Shown one piece after another: positions 28,532 through 43,280 of a DNA stretch of 64,000 nucleotides (positions are counted from its first letter, which is position 1; each line of letters begins with the position of its first letter). The stretch lies in NCBI RefSeq assembly GCF_009914755.1, contig NC_060931.1. The stretch is one strand, 5' to 3'. Source of the DNA: the human T2T-CHM13v2.0 reference genome, Homo sapiens. The notes below the pieces were generated by a model. The model saw only the letters and a list, made by a program, of their open reading frames with translations. It did no database searches and was not told the origin of the DNA. Made by a program: the position numbers and the translations under genes.

Positions 28532-29228
28532 ATTACCTTCTTAATTTGTCTATGTTCTCACTTATTTTTTGTTTGCTTGCTCCATCAAGGACTAGAGCAG
28601 AAAATTAAAATAACACTCTAAATTATTGTGGTTGTAATTTTCCGTTTGTAACTTGAACAGGTTTTCCATGATGGTCCCCATTCTATGGTATTCAATGTGT
28701 GGAGACACTAATTTTACCCTCCCATGGGCTTCTCCCTCTGATAGCACCACCTGTTACTCGTCTCTAGCCTCTCCTTCTGTGTAGAAGAGGCAGAAGCTAC
28801 AGCTCCAAACAAATTTGGAATCTCTCTACCAATGCATTTTGGCATGTATTTACCCAATACTTCATTTAAAATGTCTTTATGGATTTCTAAGTGGATAGAC
28901 AACTTCTTATTTATCTAGTTAAGATTTTTGGGTTATGTCAGGAATCAAAAATCTTTTGGAATACATGTACTTCTCAGCATCTGTTTCAGGCTCTTTTTAT
29001 ACTTTTTGTTCTTAGCACCTGTGTCGTTTTGCTTATCTTTACCTTTCCTATTTAAAGTTCACAGTGTATATTCTTCAGCTTTTTCATTCCCATTCCCATT
29101 CTCTCAGTTTGGAAATTTACACATAAGTTATTCAATTCAGGGCTAGAATCTTAAAGCTAGATAAACTTTTAGGCTAGTAAAAAGCATAAGTTGAGTTTCT
29201 TGGCTGCTGTTAATTAAGTATTTACACT

Positions 29229-29523
<295 letters not shown>

Positions 29524-30255
29524 ATTCAGCATTTACAGAAAGATGCTATCCAATGAAAACTCACATCAAATTGGGTGCTTAGTGGCAGTTTATTCTCAAG
29601 GGTCAGATAACTTCATGGGAGATAGAATTGGGGGGAATGTGTCCACTGTGAGGTTCAGGTTGTCTGTACACAATGGCCATGATGACCACAAATGAATGCT
29701 GTCTCTTCTTCTAACTGGGCTATGTGCACTTACAGCAGTGCTGCTGTGGGACGGGAGATTCTTTCAGAAGCCACAGAGAGCAGCTCCTCCACCCCTTCTG
29801 TTGAAGTCCAGATTCCATTTTCAGCCCGGCCACTTGCCTGTGTCTCCTGTGGAACTAGGCCAATTTACCCAACATTCCAGATGCCAGCAGCTAATTCCAA
29901 AAACTTTAACAAATATATAGTTTTAAAGTTTATAGAAATTTGTTGGTGAGATCATGGTTTCAAAGATTTCTGTCAAGTTTATGTTAATGAGTCTTCATTT
30001 TGCCCACGTCACCACATTTTTAGAAAATGCGCGTCAGCTGGAGCAATCTGTGGACAAAAAAGCAAACCTCTGCTAGGTGCCTGCTGGAGGGGGAGTCAGT
30101 GCAAAGCACAGCATGGGCTGTGGACCCCAGAGAAGAAGGGAAAGAGGGAGACCAAGGGTCAGAGAGGGGCCGACTGCAGGAGACCATGCACCCAGGGAAG
30201 AATCAATCCTCACAGCTCTTGTGGTGCCCGCCCATCTTTTGTCAGGAAAGTAAGA

Positions 30256-30296
30256 GTGTGTGTATATGTGTGTTTGTGTGTGTGTGTGTGTGTTTG
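30256..30296. repeat. (TG)n microsatellite, interrupted
   Basis: direct reading. Confidence 0.85.
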
Positions 30297-30402
30297 TAGA
30301 TGAGTTGTCAGGGGCAACACTTCCCTGCCACTAATGTGGGAATGAAGGTGATCAGAAGAGCCTTAGCTGTTTCCAGCTCCTCCTGCTTCTGTCCACTACT
30401 TT

Positions 30403-30755
30403 TGATAAGGTTTTGCTGTGCCCCACCCAAATCTCATCTTGCATTGTGGTGCCCATAATTCCTACGTGTTGTGGGAGGGATCCAGTGGGAGATAACTGAA
30501 TGATGGGGATGGGTTCACCCATACTGTTCTCATGGTAGTGGGTAAGTCTCATGAGAACTGATGATTTTATAAGGCTTTTGCTTGACTCTCATTTTGTCTC
30601 ATCTGCTGCCATGTAAGACGTGCCTTTTGCCTTCTGCCATGATTGTGAGGCCTCCTCAGTCACGTGGAACTGTGAGTCCATTAAATCTCTTTTTCTTTAT
30701 AAATTGTCCAGTCTCAGGTATGTCTTCATCAGCAGCGTGAGAATGGACTAACACA
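30403..30755 (+). mobile_element. THE1-type MaLR solo LTR
   Basis: tgataaggttttgctgtgccccacccaaatctcatcttg ... gaatggactaacaca; TSD actt(t/c). Confidence 0.9.
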
Positions 30756-30873
30756 ACTTCAATTCATCTCCGATCTCAGGCTATCCATAACTCCCTGACT
30801 CCTCTTTTTCTTATGTTGCATCCACATTATCTCCAGATTCGATTTTGGTTGAAGATAACTCACCCGATCCACA

Positions 30874-31170
<297 letters not shown>

Positions 31171-32130
31171 TAACCTGATCCACATTTATACCACTTCTCA
31201 TTAGGATTTGCCCTTTCAACACACTCCTGTCTCTCTCAGTTCTTTTCTGTCTCCTCTATTTCCTTGAACATCACTTCCTTTTAGAACAGAACACACTGGT
31301 TGATGTAGTCAGGCCTGACAGCCCTGGCTGAAAACATTTAGCATGGAGGGGAGAGAGAAAATACACGAGGAATCTTTGAAATTATCTTTCTTTTTCCTTC
31401 CAACTCTGTGCAACCACGTGCCTTATTTAGAGCATACTCAAACAGAGCCATTTTAAGACTTTTGTAGGACCTCGATACTTTTAATTTTGAAATTTCATCT
31501 CACTTCACAGCAAACATATTAAAATGCACCTATGTCTCATGTTAAATATAAGTATTTTAGGTTGCAAAAAGTAGTCAAATGGATTTTTTAACATGGCCTT
31601 TAAATTTTATTTGGCTACTAGTAATGCATTTAATATACTTTTGGCTGTGATTTCTCAGCATACTCAGGAATCTGACCAAAAAATTATTTCCATCTTGAAA
31701 TTTTATGAATATTAAATTTAGCAATTAATGAAGTTAGCCTAATGTTGTATTTTGTAGACATTTAATTAAAATATATTCATTTTAGTTTGGTGAGTTTCTT
31801 CTCATATTTTTGAGATAATACACATTTTTGCAGCCCTTGGACTTTTCCCAGTCTCCTGGAAAGCTTGGAGGCTGCAAGCACTGTGCCCAAAAGGAGTAAT
31901 GGAAGAGGTTCCTAGGCAGAGGCACAGCTCACACAAAGGTGCTGGGAGAGGAAAGAGCTTGGCTTGTTGGTGTAGAGAGAAGGAAGTGCAGTGTGACTGG
32001 AATAGACTGAGTGAAAGGCAGCAAGGCAGGGGGCAGGGGAGGAGGCTGCAGAGGCTGACCCACATGGCTCAACCAAGGCCTATCAAGATTTTGTGAACCA
32101 CTGTCCATAGAAAATAACTGTCTCAGACTA

Positions 32131-32430
<300 letters not shown>

Positions 32431-32689
32431 ATAATTGTCTCAGACTGCTAAATTTCTGTTTCAACAAACCAGAAAGAAGCACAAATCTAAACCATCAAAT
32501 GTAGACTTTTCTTGCCATTAATTTGTTCAGTGGTCTGTCTCCTTACTTCTGAAACCTCACTCAGCTATTCAGTCCAAATGAAAATTTTTAGAGAACTCTA
32601 ACTTTGGAGAAATACATGACTTAAAAATTAACCCCGTGGACATCAACATGGCATAAGTTTTAGAATATGGCCATTAAATTCATCCCTTA

Positions 32690-33380
32690 GGCAGGTCCTG
32701 ATCATTACTACATCCTCTAATATATATCTTCAAATAGTCCATTCATCCACTGCCACCATCCTATCCTAAGAACATGCAGATGACATTATTAGCATCCTAG
32801 CTGAGCTCCTTCTACTGCTCCTTCTATTATCCTCTACTCCTATTCTCCACAAGGCAACCACAAATATTTTTTAAACATAAGGAAGATTACATCACTCCCC
32901 TGCTCCAAATTATTTGCTGGATTCCTGTAACACTAGAGTAAAATCCAGAATCTTTATATTGTCCTATGAAGCTATATGATCTAGTTTCTTGGCTGCCTCA
33001 GGGTATCTGCCTTGCTGTTCCCTCTGCCTGCAAAGCTCTTTTTCCATACTTTTACATAGTTGTTTCTTTCATTATTCTAGACTCTAATGCCTCCCAAGGG
33101 GGCTTCCCTAACCCTCTTACCTAAAATAGCTCCACTCTCCACTTCTGCCACATAAAACCCCATTTCTCTTACCCTAACAGCACTTATCACGGTCTGGAAT
33201 ATTATCTGGAATATTATTATGAATTTGAATACTTGTTATTTCCCTCTAGAAGTAAGGTCCACAAGCAAAGGGCCTTTCTATCTTCGTCTCCAACACTAAT
33301 TGCTACACTTTTAGTACAAATAGTGCTTGTAAATCAATCAATAAATAGCTGAATGTATAAATTAGTCTATCAATAAATGA
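32690..33380 (+). mobile_element. L2 (LINE2) 3' remnant
   Basis: catcactcccctgctccaaa, gctgttccctctgcctg, ctagaagtaaggtccac, aatcaatcaataaat end. Confidence 0.65.
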
Positions 33381-34831
33381 AAAACTTCAGGTAATGAAAT
33401 CCTCATGGTGCAAAAGCTAAATAAATAGGCTCTAGCTTAGAAATTCACTTATAAATCTATTCCATTATGTTAGCCATTTTATAGAGGCACTGAAAGTCTT
33501 CAATACTGAGAATACTCTTCACAGCTGTTGAGAATAATAGGAAGTGACTTTTCCATTTGCCACTCAATGTATTTACCTATCTATCTGCTAAGCTTCCTAG
33601 ACAATCATTTACTGTGAAATGGTCGTTGAGGTGGCTCCTGGGAGCCATCTCACCCGGACTGACTTCCTTCAGCAGTACAATTTTAGTTGATTTAATGCTC
33701 TTTTTAAGAGTCTTTGTAAGAAACAATTCCAAGAATACTCTAAGCTTGCTAATAAACTATTTAAAAGACAAAATTTCTGTATAAGCTACAGGTTAATGTT
33801 TCGTGAAAGGAAAATCCTAACAAAATTTACTTGGCTGTTATTCTATAGGTTGATTCATTTTATAAAAGATTGTCAGTAATTTTTTTCCTTGTAAACCAAG
33901 GAATACAGCTATCTAATATTGCATTTAGGCACTAATCTGACTCCTCCTTTGCTCATGTTTACCAACAACACAATCCTTACATTAGTATCAGGCAAACACT
34001 GACTAGTTTCCCAAGATTGGTCTGAAGGAATAAAGATCTGCATGTAGTAAAGATTCTGATTCAAACCTCTGCAAACACATATTCCTATTTCAATAAATTA
34101 ACCAAAAGGTAGCAGAAGGAGAGGTAGATCTCATTTTAAAATGTGTGGTATAATGCTTGCTAACTGTGTGCAGATCCTTCTGGGGCCTGAATGTCCCTAC
34201 AGAAGCAGGTTTGTGCAGCATGAGCTCTGATGGTCATTTTCCAGGTCATTTTGGAAAATTCTTTGAGTTACCCATTACTACACATTATTGTGGATTCCTG
34301 ATGGTCCTTATAACCTACACGTACCTTAACAAATAACCCATCTTTTGTAACTTAAAATTCCACCTATCATTCAGTTCTGTCACATTATTATATAATAATA
34401 TAATACTAAATTACTGGTTAATTGTTAATAAGCCACAGTACTATTTTCTAGCTCTTATGCTAAATGAACTGTATTTAACTTATGAGATAAACAGGCTTTT
34501 AGGATCCTTTTTAATCTGGGATTTTTGCCTGGGTGACTGCTGCTTCTCATAAAATATACAAATAATTTTTTCTTGTTCATGCTCATAAATACCCCATGAA
34601 ATATGAACATATACTTTTAAAATGTCCTGAACATGTAGCATTTGTCAATTCCCTTTGACTTGGGCCACCCACACTGCAACTGTTCTCTTCATTTTACACC
34701 TCTAGCTTCCTACTCTCTCGGGCTGATCACGCCACCTGGGGCTGGTGTGGAAAATCAGGCTTCAAAGATCCTCCCACCACATCGTCACATACCACTCAAT
34801 GTTACCCTTTTTTCCTCATGTCCCACTCTAC

Positions 34832-35119
<288 letters not shown>

Positions 35120-36645
35120 TCCTCATGCCTTTTGTAATTCACAGCTGATTTCACTTTTTTCATGTTGCTCTTTTACTTTCTTTGTACTTTCACTACTTTA
35201 GGAAATTTCTTTCTCTAAAAAATGACCAACGGATGACTAGTACCAGTGATTTACTTGTGTTTTAAAAAAAAAGCTTTAATTAAAAAAAATAAAATTAGAC
35301 ATAAGGAATGAGTACCTTCTGTCTTCTATGCCCATGAAAGTACCCAAGAGGCCCTTCGAACATTTCTACAGGTATCCATCTTTAAATCTTTTAGTTATAT
35401 CTGCTGTTCCTCAAGCACCATTAATGATAAACAAAAACTATAGCTTTCCTTATCTTAATTCTTGCTTTAATTATTAGTAGAGTCATAGTACTTTTTTCTA
35501 CCTTTTTATTGCAAATGAACTGTGTTTAAATTACATTATGAGATAAACAGGCTTTTAGGATCCTTCAGGTATGGGATTTCCTAGTAACCTAATCACTCAC
35601 CATTCACAAAATACTTTCTATGATAACATATTCAGTGTTGCTAGAATGTAATCCATCTGTGTAGTGATGGTGATTGGCATTTAGATAGGAAAGTACTGGC
35701 AAAAATAAGTACACCACTATGAGCTTTCTGTTGCACAATGCTTCAACCTTCTCCCTCAACCAAATCTAGTTTATACAATAAAGCTTTTATTTAACATTTC
35801 TTTTTTGATCTCTTTAAATTTCAGAGAATGCTCTTTTGTATTGCTCAGGCAAAATAACGTCTGTTAGCTTCTAAAATTCAAAAAAGTTGCTCATTATGTG
35901 GACCTTATATATACCAGTTTTCTTCCTTTCATTGAGACAGTGAAGGGAATGGAAATGGCAGGCTCATGGTAGGTATTTGCTATCTATGATCTCATTTAAT
36001 CTTTACGACAATTTTGAGAGTAAGTATCATTGCTCCCATTTTACAGATGAAAACCTCAGGTTCACATGTATCCCCCCTTTTTTTAGAAGAAATAAAGAAA
36101 AAAATTAAAAAAGATAACGTGCAAAGAAAAAAAAACCACTCAGGCTCAAAGAGGCTAAATAAATTTCCTTGAATATGTGGCCTTTTGATGTTACTGTTTT
36201 GATTGGTATGGGAACAGGTTTGGTAATTCGAAAAAGAAATCATTAAAATATGTCACCTTCTAGAAATTATAAAAGAATGTGCAAGACTGGTGTTCTCACT
36301 CTATGCCCAACTAATAGTTCATTATTAGGGGCTGGCAATGGAGTGAAGCTCAGATATAGGGCAGTGGTTAGAGTTGGAGTAAGGGTTAGGGATGGCACTA
36401 GCTCATGAATGGGATGAAAGACAAAGATGGGATGAATGGGTAGAAATTCTGGGTGGAGCTAGAAGTCAGGGATGTTTGTCATACATTACTAACAAAACTC
36501 AGTTATTTCCTCTTTTGATAAAGTTGCTTTGATGCAAACTTCCTAAAGCAGCTACATCAAAATATATACTTCTCAAAATTCCTCTTTAGTTAAAATTATC
36601 TGGCTTTAATTTTACAAGCTTCTAAGTGGCAGTGTGAGAATTTGA

Positions 36646-37050
<405 letters not shown>

Positions 37051-38676
37051 TAAAACCCAAACTCTATATTTAATACGACAGCAATTTCCTTCAAACCTGT
37101 TGTATCTAGCTGGTTTATTAGATGGGGCAGAGGAATGTTAATGTTCCCTTGGTATTATCACTAATAGTATTAGATGCAATATTTAATAAACTTCAATTAG
37201 AATTTTTCCCTTACTGATCTTAAAGTATATGTAAGAGGTTTTAAGGAATATTAGAACCTAAAGCAGACAGAAGTTCTGAGTTCAGATACTATGTATGGAA
37301 GAAAGTATTCAAAGAATTCAAAGCAATTCATTTCTCCACTGGAAAAAAGTGCTCTAGGATGACATACTGGAAAGTGATTTGTAGCATACTGACTGTAGTT
37401 CTTCTAATGAAAAAGCAATTGTCCAAGTTTTCCCTGAAGAACACTCTGAGTAACGACAGTCTATGCTCATGGAAAGTCATGAGTTAGAAAATGAGAACCA
37501 AATGAACAACCAGCTGAGAAAAACCAACAATAATTAATTTAACACCAGCCATTTGTAAGACCACATATATATTTCAAAATTTCCCTTGAGAGAAAAAAGG
37601 TCATTGAAGGGCAGAGACTGCATACTTAAATATGTTTAAATAATTTTTACTTAATAAGACAATATGCTCCAAAGGTTTTACATTTAAAAAATGACAGCTT
37701 GTTTTAGGACTATGAGATTATAATAAATAGTTGGTCAATATCATCACTTAAATTTTAATATTGTAACAAGTATTTCTGAAAAACATCCCCAAGGTGAATT
37801 CACATTAAATCTTGGACAATGTATTCCTCAACAGGGGCAGAGAGAAAACAATGTCACTAAAAGGGGTTTATTCTGACTCACTGGCTAAGAAAATAGGAAC
37901 AGTTTGAGATCTTCCATGTTGTTTCACTTTAATGAGAAGCAAGCATTTTTCATGTCCTTATTAAAGTGGTTAATGTGTTTCTCTAGTCTCATTATCACCA
38001 CGAGGGTATACTCTCTGTTGTTTCATAACCAAGACAACTCCTTTTTGCTTCAGAGAAGATCAGAAAGTCAAATCGATTGCTCACATGTGGTTGTTAATAA
38101 AACTCCTATGGTGCTGCTCAAGGTGCCCATGGGGATTGTACAATTATTTATGTTTTCTTATGGTTTTTCTATAATTACTGTGATTGTACTTTCACAAAGT
38201 AAATGTATCTCCACCAATTAAAGCGGTGGTGGGTTAAGAATATTCATCAGACTTGTGTGAAGGGATATTGTTCTTAGGGTTTTGATCAAAGCACAGAAAT
38301 TAAACTGCTGTTATCATGCATTCAATGCAAGTGTTAAATTAAAATGCTCAGCAACTTTTGCATTTATCTGAGCAGATGCTAACTATTTATGAAAATAAAC
38401 ATGATACAGGACTTGCATTCATGATATGATTCTTTGTTATATTAGAAGTGTTAGGAAAAAACTCTTCTATACAAACTTGAAGGATATAGTTTACGGTACA
38501 TGATCAGTTTGAATTACTGTCAATTCAGGTCAATTTAAATGTTCAGAAGCATAAAATTCTAAGAAATCTCATTTTGTTCTACATCTTTACACCTTCTTTG
38601 CTTTAATCGTTTATCTTCTTTAAAGTCTCCAGGACTAAGAAAGAACATCTGTAAAAACAAGCATCTGAGGCTATCA

Positions 38677-38804
<128 letters not shown>

Positions 38805-40336
38805 AAGAAAATGTGCAATATAACCTTCCCTACTTTGTCTTATAGAAATTTAGAAATTTCATTCTATCCAGTTTGACAGTGCTTGCAGCAAAAGTGACCA
38901 GCTGTACTTCCATTCCATTAGCTGTCATTTTGATGCTAGAATTTTAGCCTGCTGTGTGTGAGATCTGACTATACATGCACAAGTCCCATCAAAGGTAATT
39001 TTCTGTACAATAGTGTGTAAAATTTACCTCTAATTATGATAAGGTCACTGATGGGTCATTTATGATATGCTCTCTGGAGGCAACAGTGGTGAATAGCTTT
39101 CAGTGATATTCATCTGAAGGAATTAAATTGGTCTGACCATGACTTAATACAAAATAAAAGTCTTTTAGAAAATTATTCTTCAACCATATTTCCAGTCCTA
39201 AAGGAACCTAGAGAGGGGCAGTATACACAGTGGTGAAGGTTGTGGGTTTTGGAATCATGCAGGACTGTGTTTAAGTCCAGGATCTCTGGGCCTAGAAGAC
39301 CCTAAAAGATCTGGCCTCTGCACATCTCTTGGTTTCCTTGACACTCACTACTTCACTACCTGGTCTCCAGGACAACTGGCCTCCTTCCTGGTCCTTGAAT
39401 ACGCCATGGTCACTCTCGCCTGGGGGAACTGTGTGCACTGCAGTTTCCTGTAGTTGCATTTCTCTTCCTCCAGATATTTATGTGGCTGGAGCTTCCATGT
39501 TCTCCCACTTTCCAATCAGTAGAATGTGTTATATCCACCATGTGAACTACACAAAGGTAGCTTTCTCCGAGAAGCCTCTCGGGAGTTTCCTATGTAAAGT
39601 AGCCAGCTCCTGAGCCTACTCAACACTGTTGTATTATCCTACTGATGTACATGAAGTACTAATCACCTTTAAATTATTGACTGTTTGTTGTATAATTAAA
39701 TTCGCATATGACCACAGGAGGAAAAATCTAAAAATGAAGGGTAACTTAATTAGGCTATCCCACAATTTTGAAACCCCAATGGCATTAACTATATGAGTCA
39801 CTGGTCCAATAGTGTTTGATAACATGGATTAAAAAGGAGATGTTAGTTAACCAATCATGGCTAAAAATACTTCTGGGGACTTATATAAGAGAGCATGAAA
39901 ACAGAGCTACTCATGATAAATTTTATTAAAATAGTCACTAGAGTGACTTCATGTTTCATTATGAACCCCATGGGCCTCTGAGGGCGAATATGGTCATCAC
40001 TTTAATAACTAACACTTTTTGAAGAGGTTTTTTTTTTAAAAATATGTAATTGTGGGAAATTAAAATTTGAGATTAAGAAATATGGGAAAATTTTATGTTT
40101 ATTTAAATCTATCAGTATTTTGTTTTCAGTCCTACAAGACATTTTACTTGTAGACAAACAAGTAGGGTTGTGTAGACATACTTGTAACAACCTGAAAACA
40201 GTAGTTCTGTTTTCAAGTAGTTCCTATTTAGTAAATACTTGTCAACAAATGACTAAATGCTGAATAGACTGGAAGATCATCCTCATGTTCTAATTCCTAG
40301 TGCAAATTGTAACAATAACAATGATGAAATCCTTAC

Positions 40337-40573
40337 CAAAGGGTCCAGTCGTGGCCACAGTATGGCTGAACATTTCCAAGGTAGAATCCCAGAGACTGAG
40401 TGACCTCCACAAGATTGGTAAAGTCAAGACTAATGCTGTTGAAAAGCACAGATGTCATGATAATCTCATCAATAGCCCATACATCTTCTCTCTGGGAAGA
40501 ATGATACGGTTGCCACCATCTGAACTGAATTCCAAACTGCTTTGCATCACCTGGTAGTTCTACGGAGATTATT
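40337..40573 (-). CDS. RELN: Reelin exon 20 (237 nt): [78 protein letters not shown]
   Basis: read manually; acceptor poly-T ctctag|A, donor TTG|gtaagg; phase 2-2. Confidence 0.97.
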
Positions 40574-41586
40574 CTAGAGAAAAAAAAAAAGTCAAAATTT
40601 AGATTATTTTGGTATCTTAAAACACAAATATTTATAGTGGGATAGATTTCCCCTGAAGTATAGTATTAAAGAAATAGTTCTCCCATGATTATAAACATTT
40701 TTTTTTGAGATGTCCAGTTTCCTGTCTGTTTCCAACAGTCTTCCACACACACCCCAAAATGTAACTTTGCTTTCACTCATCTGCTTTTGAAAAAGCTCTC
40801 AATAAACATGGTGGTCAAAGTGACAGTATTCATCATAGTCTAGTAAAGGATCTTGGACAGCTTGTTACACATATTACAGTTTTGGCTGTTTGGAACCAGG
40901 ACACTTCCTCATTCCCATGAGTTTAGCATAGTGTGTGAGGTCATCTGCTGTGTCATGGCAGCTATGACAATAAACCTGCATCTGACAAATGGGGAAGAAA
41001 ATTAAGAATAATATCTAATTTCCAGGAGCGATTATTGTACACAGCAGCGGGAACCATATATTAATTGCCACTGCAATGACACCTACTTGAAAGCTCCATA
41101 AATCACAGTACCATGCTGATCGCATCCATACACAGGTGAGATGTGAAGCAAATGGCAAATGGAACATTTGTCACCGTCAAAGTACAATTAAACACCAGGA
41201 AAGGTGCTTGCATTAAAGACACACTGAAAGGGCTGAGTTATTTTTTTTTTTTTTGTTTTTTTTTTTTTTTTTGTTTTTTAACTAATGAGCAAATAAAAAC
41301 TTCCTAAGCCAGGTGACTAGTTGAATAACTTAGAAAGAAATTATTTTAAAACTTCAACATCTAAGGCTGAATTTACTGAGAAACTGGATTGGCTTTCATA
41401 TTTTTATTGTGTGAAGAAACACGCTAAACCACCTCTTGGGAATGTACTGTTTTACATATTGAAAGTTATTTAGAAAAATAATTACCTATTTTTCCTTTAA
41501 ATAATTTGTACATGGATATATGGGGTAGACTAACATGACTATCACCATTGATTATACAAACAGTACAGAACTGGTAGGACTTGTTG

Positions 41587-41984
<398 letters not shown>

Positions 41985-42337
41985 TAAAAACACTTCTTAA
42001 ACTAAAAATACATAGCTATAATACATTTATGAGTTTTAAATACTTTCTAAAATCTGTAAAATTTTTCATCAGTGTAAATTTATTAGAAGAGTCAGGTTTT
42101 GTTAAATTAAGTATTTTAGTAATTTTCAATTTTAATTTTTCAAATCTGTTTATTAAACAAATGCATATATTTATAAAACTACATAATATATAGAAAGAAA
42201 CTAAATAAACTATATTTAAACTGGTTTAACAATGAAGATATCAGTCATGGATTTAATAATTTGTTTAGCATTATGTTATTAGAAAGTTATAATTTTTCTT
42301 CATATTAATTATAAAAACAGTTAATATTCTCTCTCAT

Positions 42338-42472
42338 GAAAATAAATTATTATTTTTTAACATAACAATTGAAAACTAGAATTTCCTAAGCAACTTTTAA
42401 GGAAAATAAAGTATTATTTTTTAACATAACAACTGGAAACTAGAATTTCCCAAGCAACTTTTAAGGAAAATA
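42338..42472. repeat. 64-bp tandem duplication, 4 mismatches
   Basis: units start at 42338 and 42402. Confidence 0.93.
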
Positions 42473-42519
42473 GTGTATATGAATGTGATATTGGTGACTG
42501 AAGTGACCAATATTTTCAC

Positions 42520-42935
42520 GGCAGAGGTGTTAAGACTACGGGTCTGTAATCAGACTCTTGGGCCAGAGTTCCCACTCTGACTCCTACTGGTTAATGATTT
42601 TGTAACTGTAGATAAAGCACTTGGCTTCTACGTGTCTCAGCAGCTTTATCTGTGAAATTAGAATAATGCTATTCTTATGGCAAGGGCCAGAAATTTTTTT
42701 GTCTGCTTTTCACTATTATACCTTAGTACCCAGAGCAGTATCTGGCACATAATAAGGACTCAACAAATTTTTGCTGCATAGTACGTATTATCAGTATATG
42801 CCTGATAGAGATGTGAGTACAGAGGCACAAGGAGGTTAAATAATCTCTTTAAGATTAAGCAGACTATAAGTGCTAATGCCAGGATTTGGACCTGGGGAAC
42901 TTAGCTCTAGAGCCTTGTTCTTAACTTCTACATCG
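42520..42935. mobile_element. MIR/L2 remnants
   Basis: ttatctgtgaaattagaataat, cagtatctggcacataataagg, gaggcacaaggaggttaaataa. Confidence 0.55.
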
Positions 42936-43118
42936 TATCTTTGGGTGTAGGGGGAGTTCCTAACGATTTCACCACTCTTTGCAAGTTATAGTGGCTGGTT
43001 AGAATAGCTGTGGAACTGTCTGATCAGAATATTCCTAGAAGAGAACACAGAGACTTAAGTCAACTTTCTGCCTCAATTTTCCTTTTGTTTGTAGGTCCTA
43101 ACCTCATAGATTTTTTTT

Positions 43119-43280
43119 AATGTTTTATAGTAATATGTACTATTGAATTGGGTGACATATAGAAACAAAGAGGAGACCAAATATAAGATCAAATTGTTTA
43201 AAAAATGTTTTACAATGATATACACTATGGAATTGGATGACATGATAGAACAAAGAGGAGATTAAATATAATAATCAAGA
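43119..43280. repeat. Diverged ~85-bp tandem duplication
   Basis: aatgtttta...actat(t/g)gaattgg(g/a)tgacat...aacaaagaggaga...aaatataa at 43119 and 43204. Confidence 0.8.
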
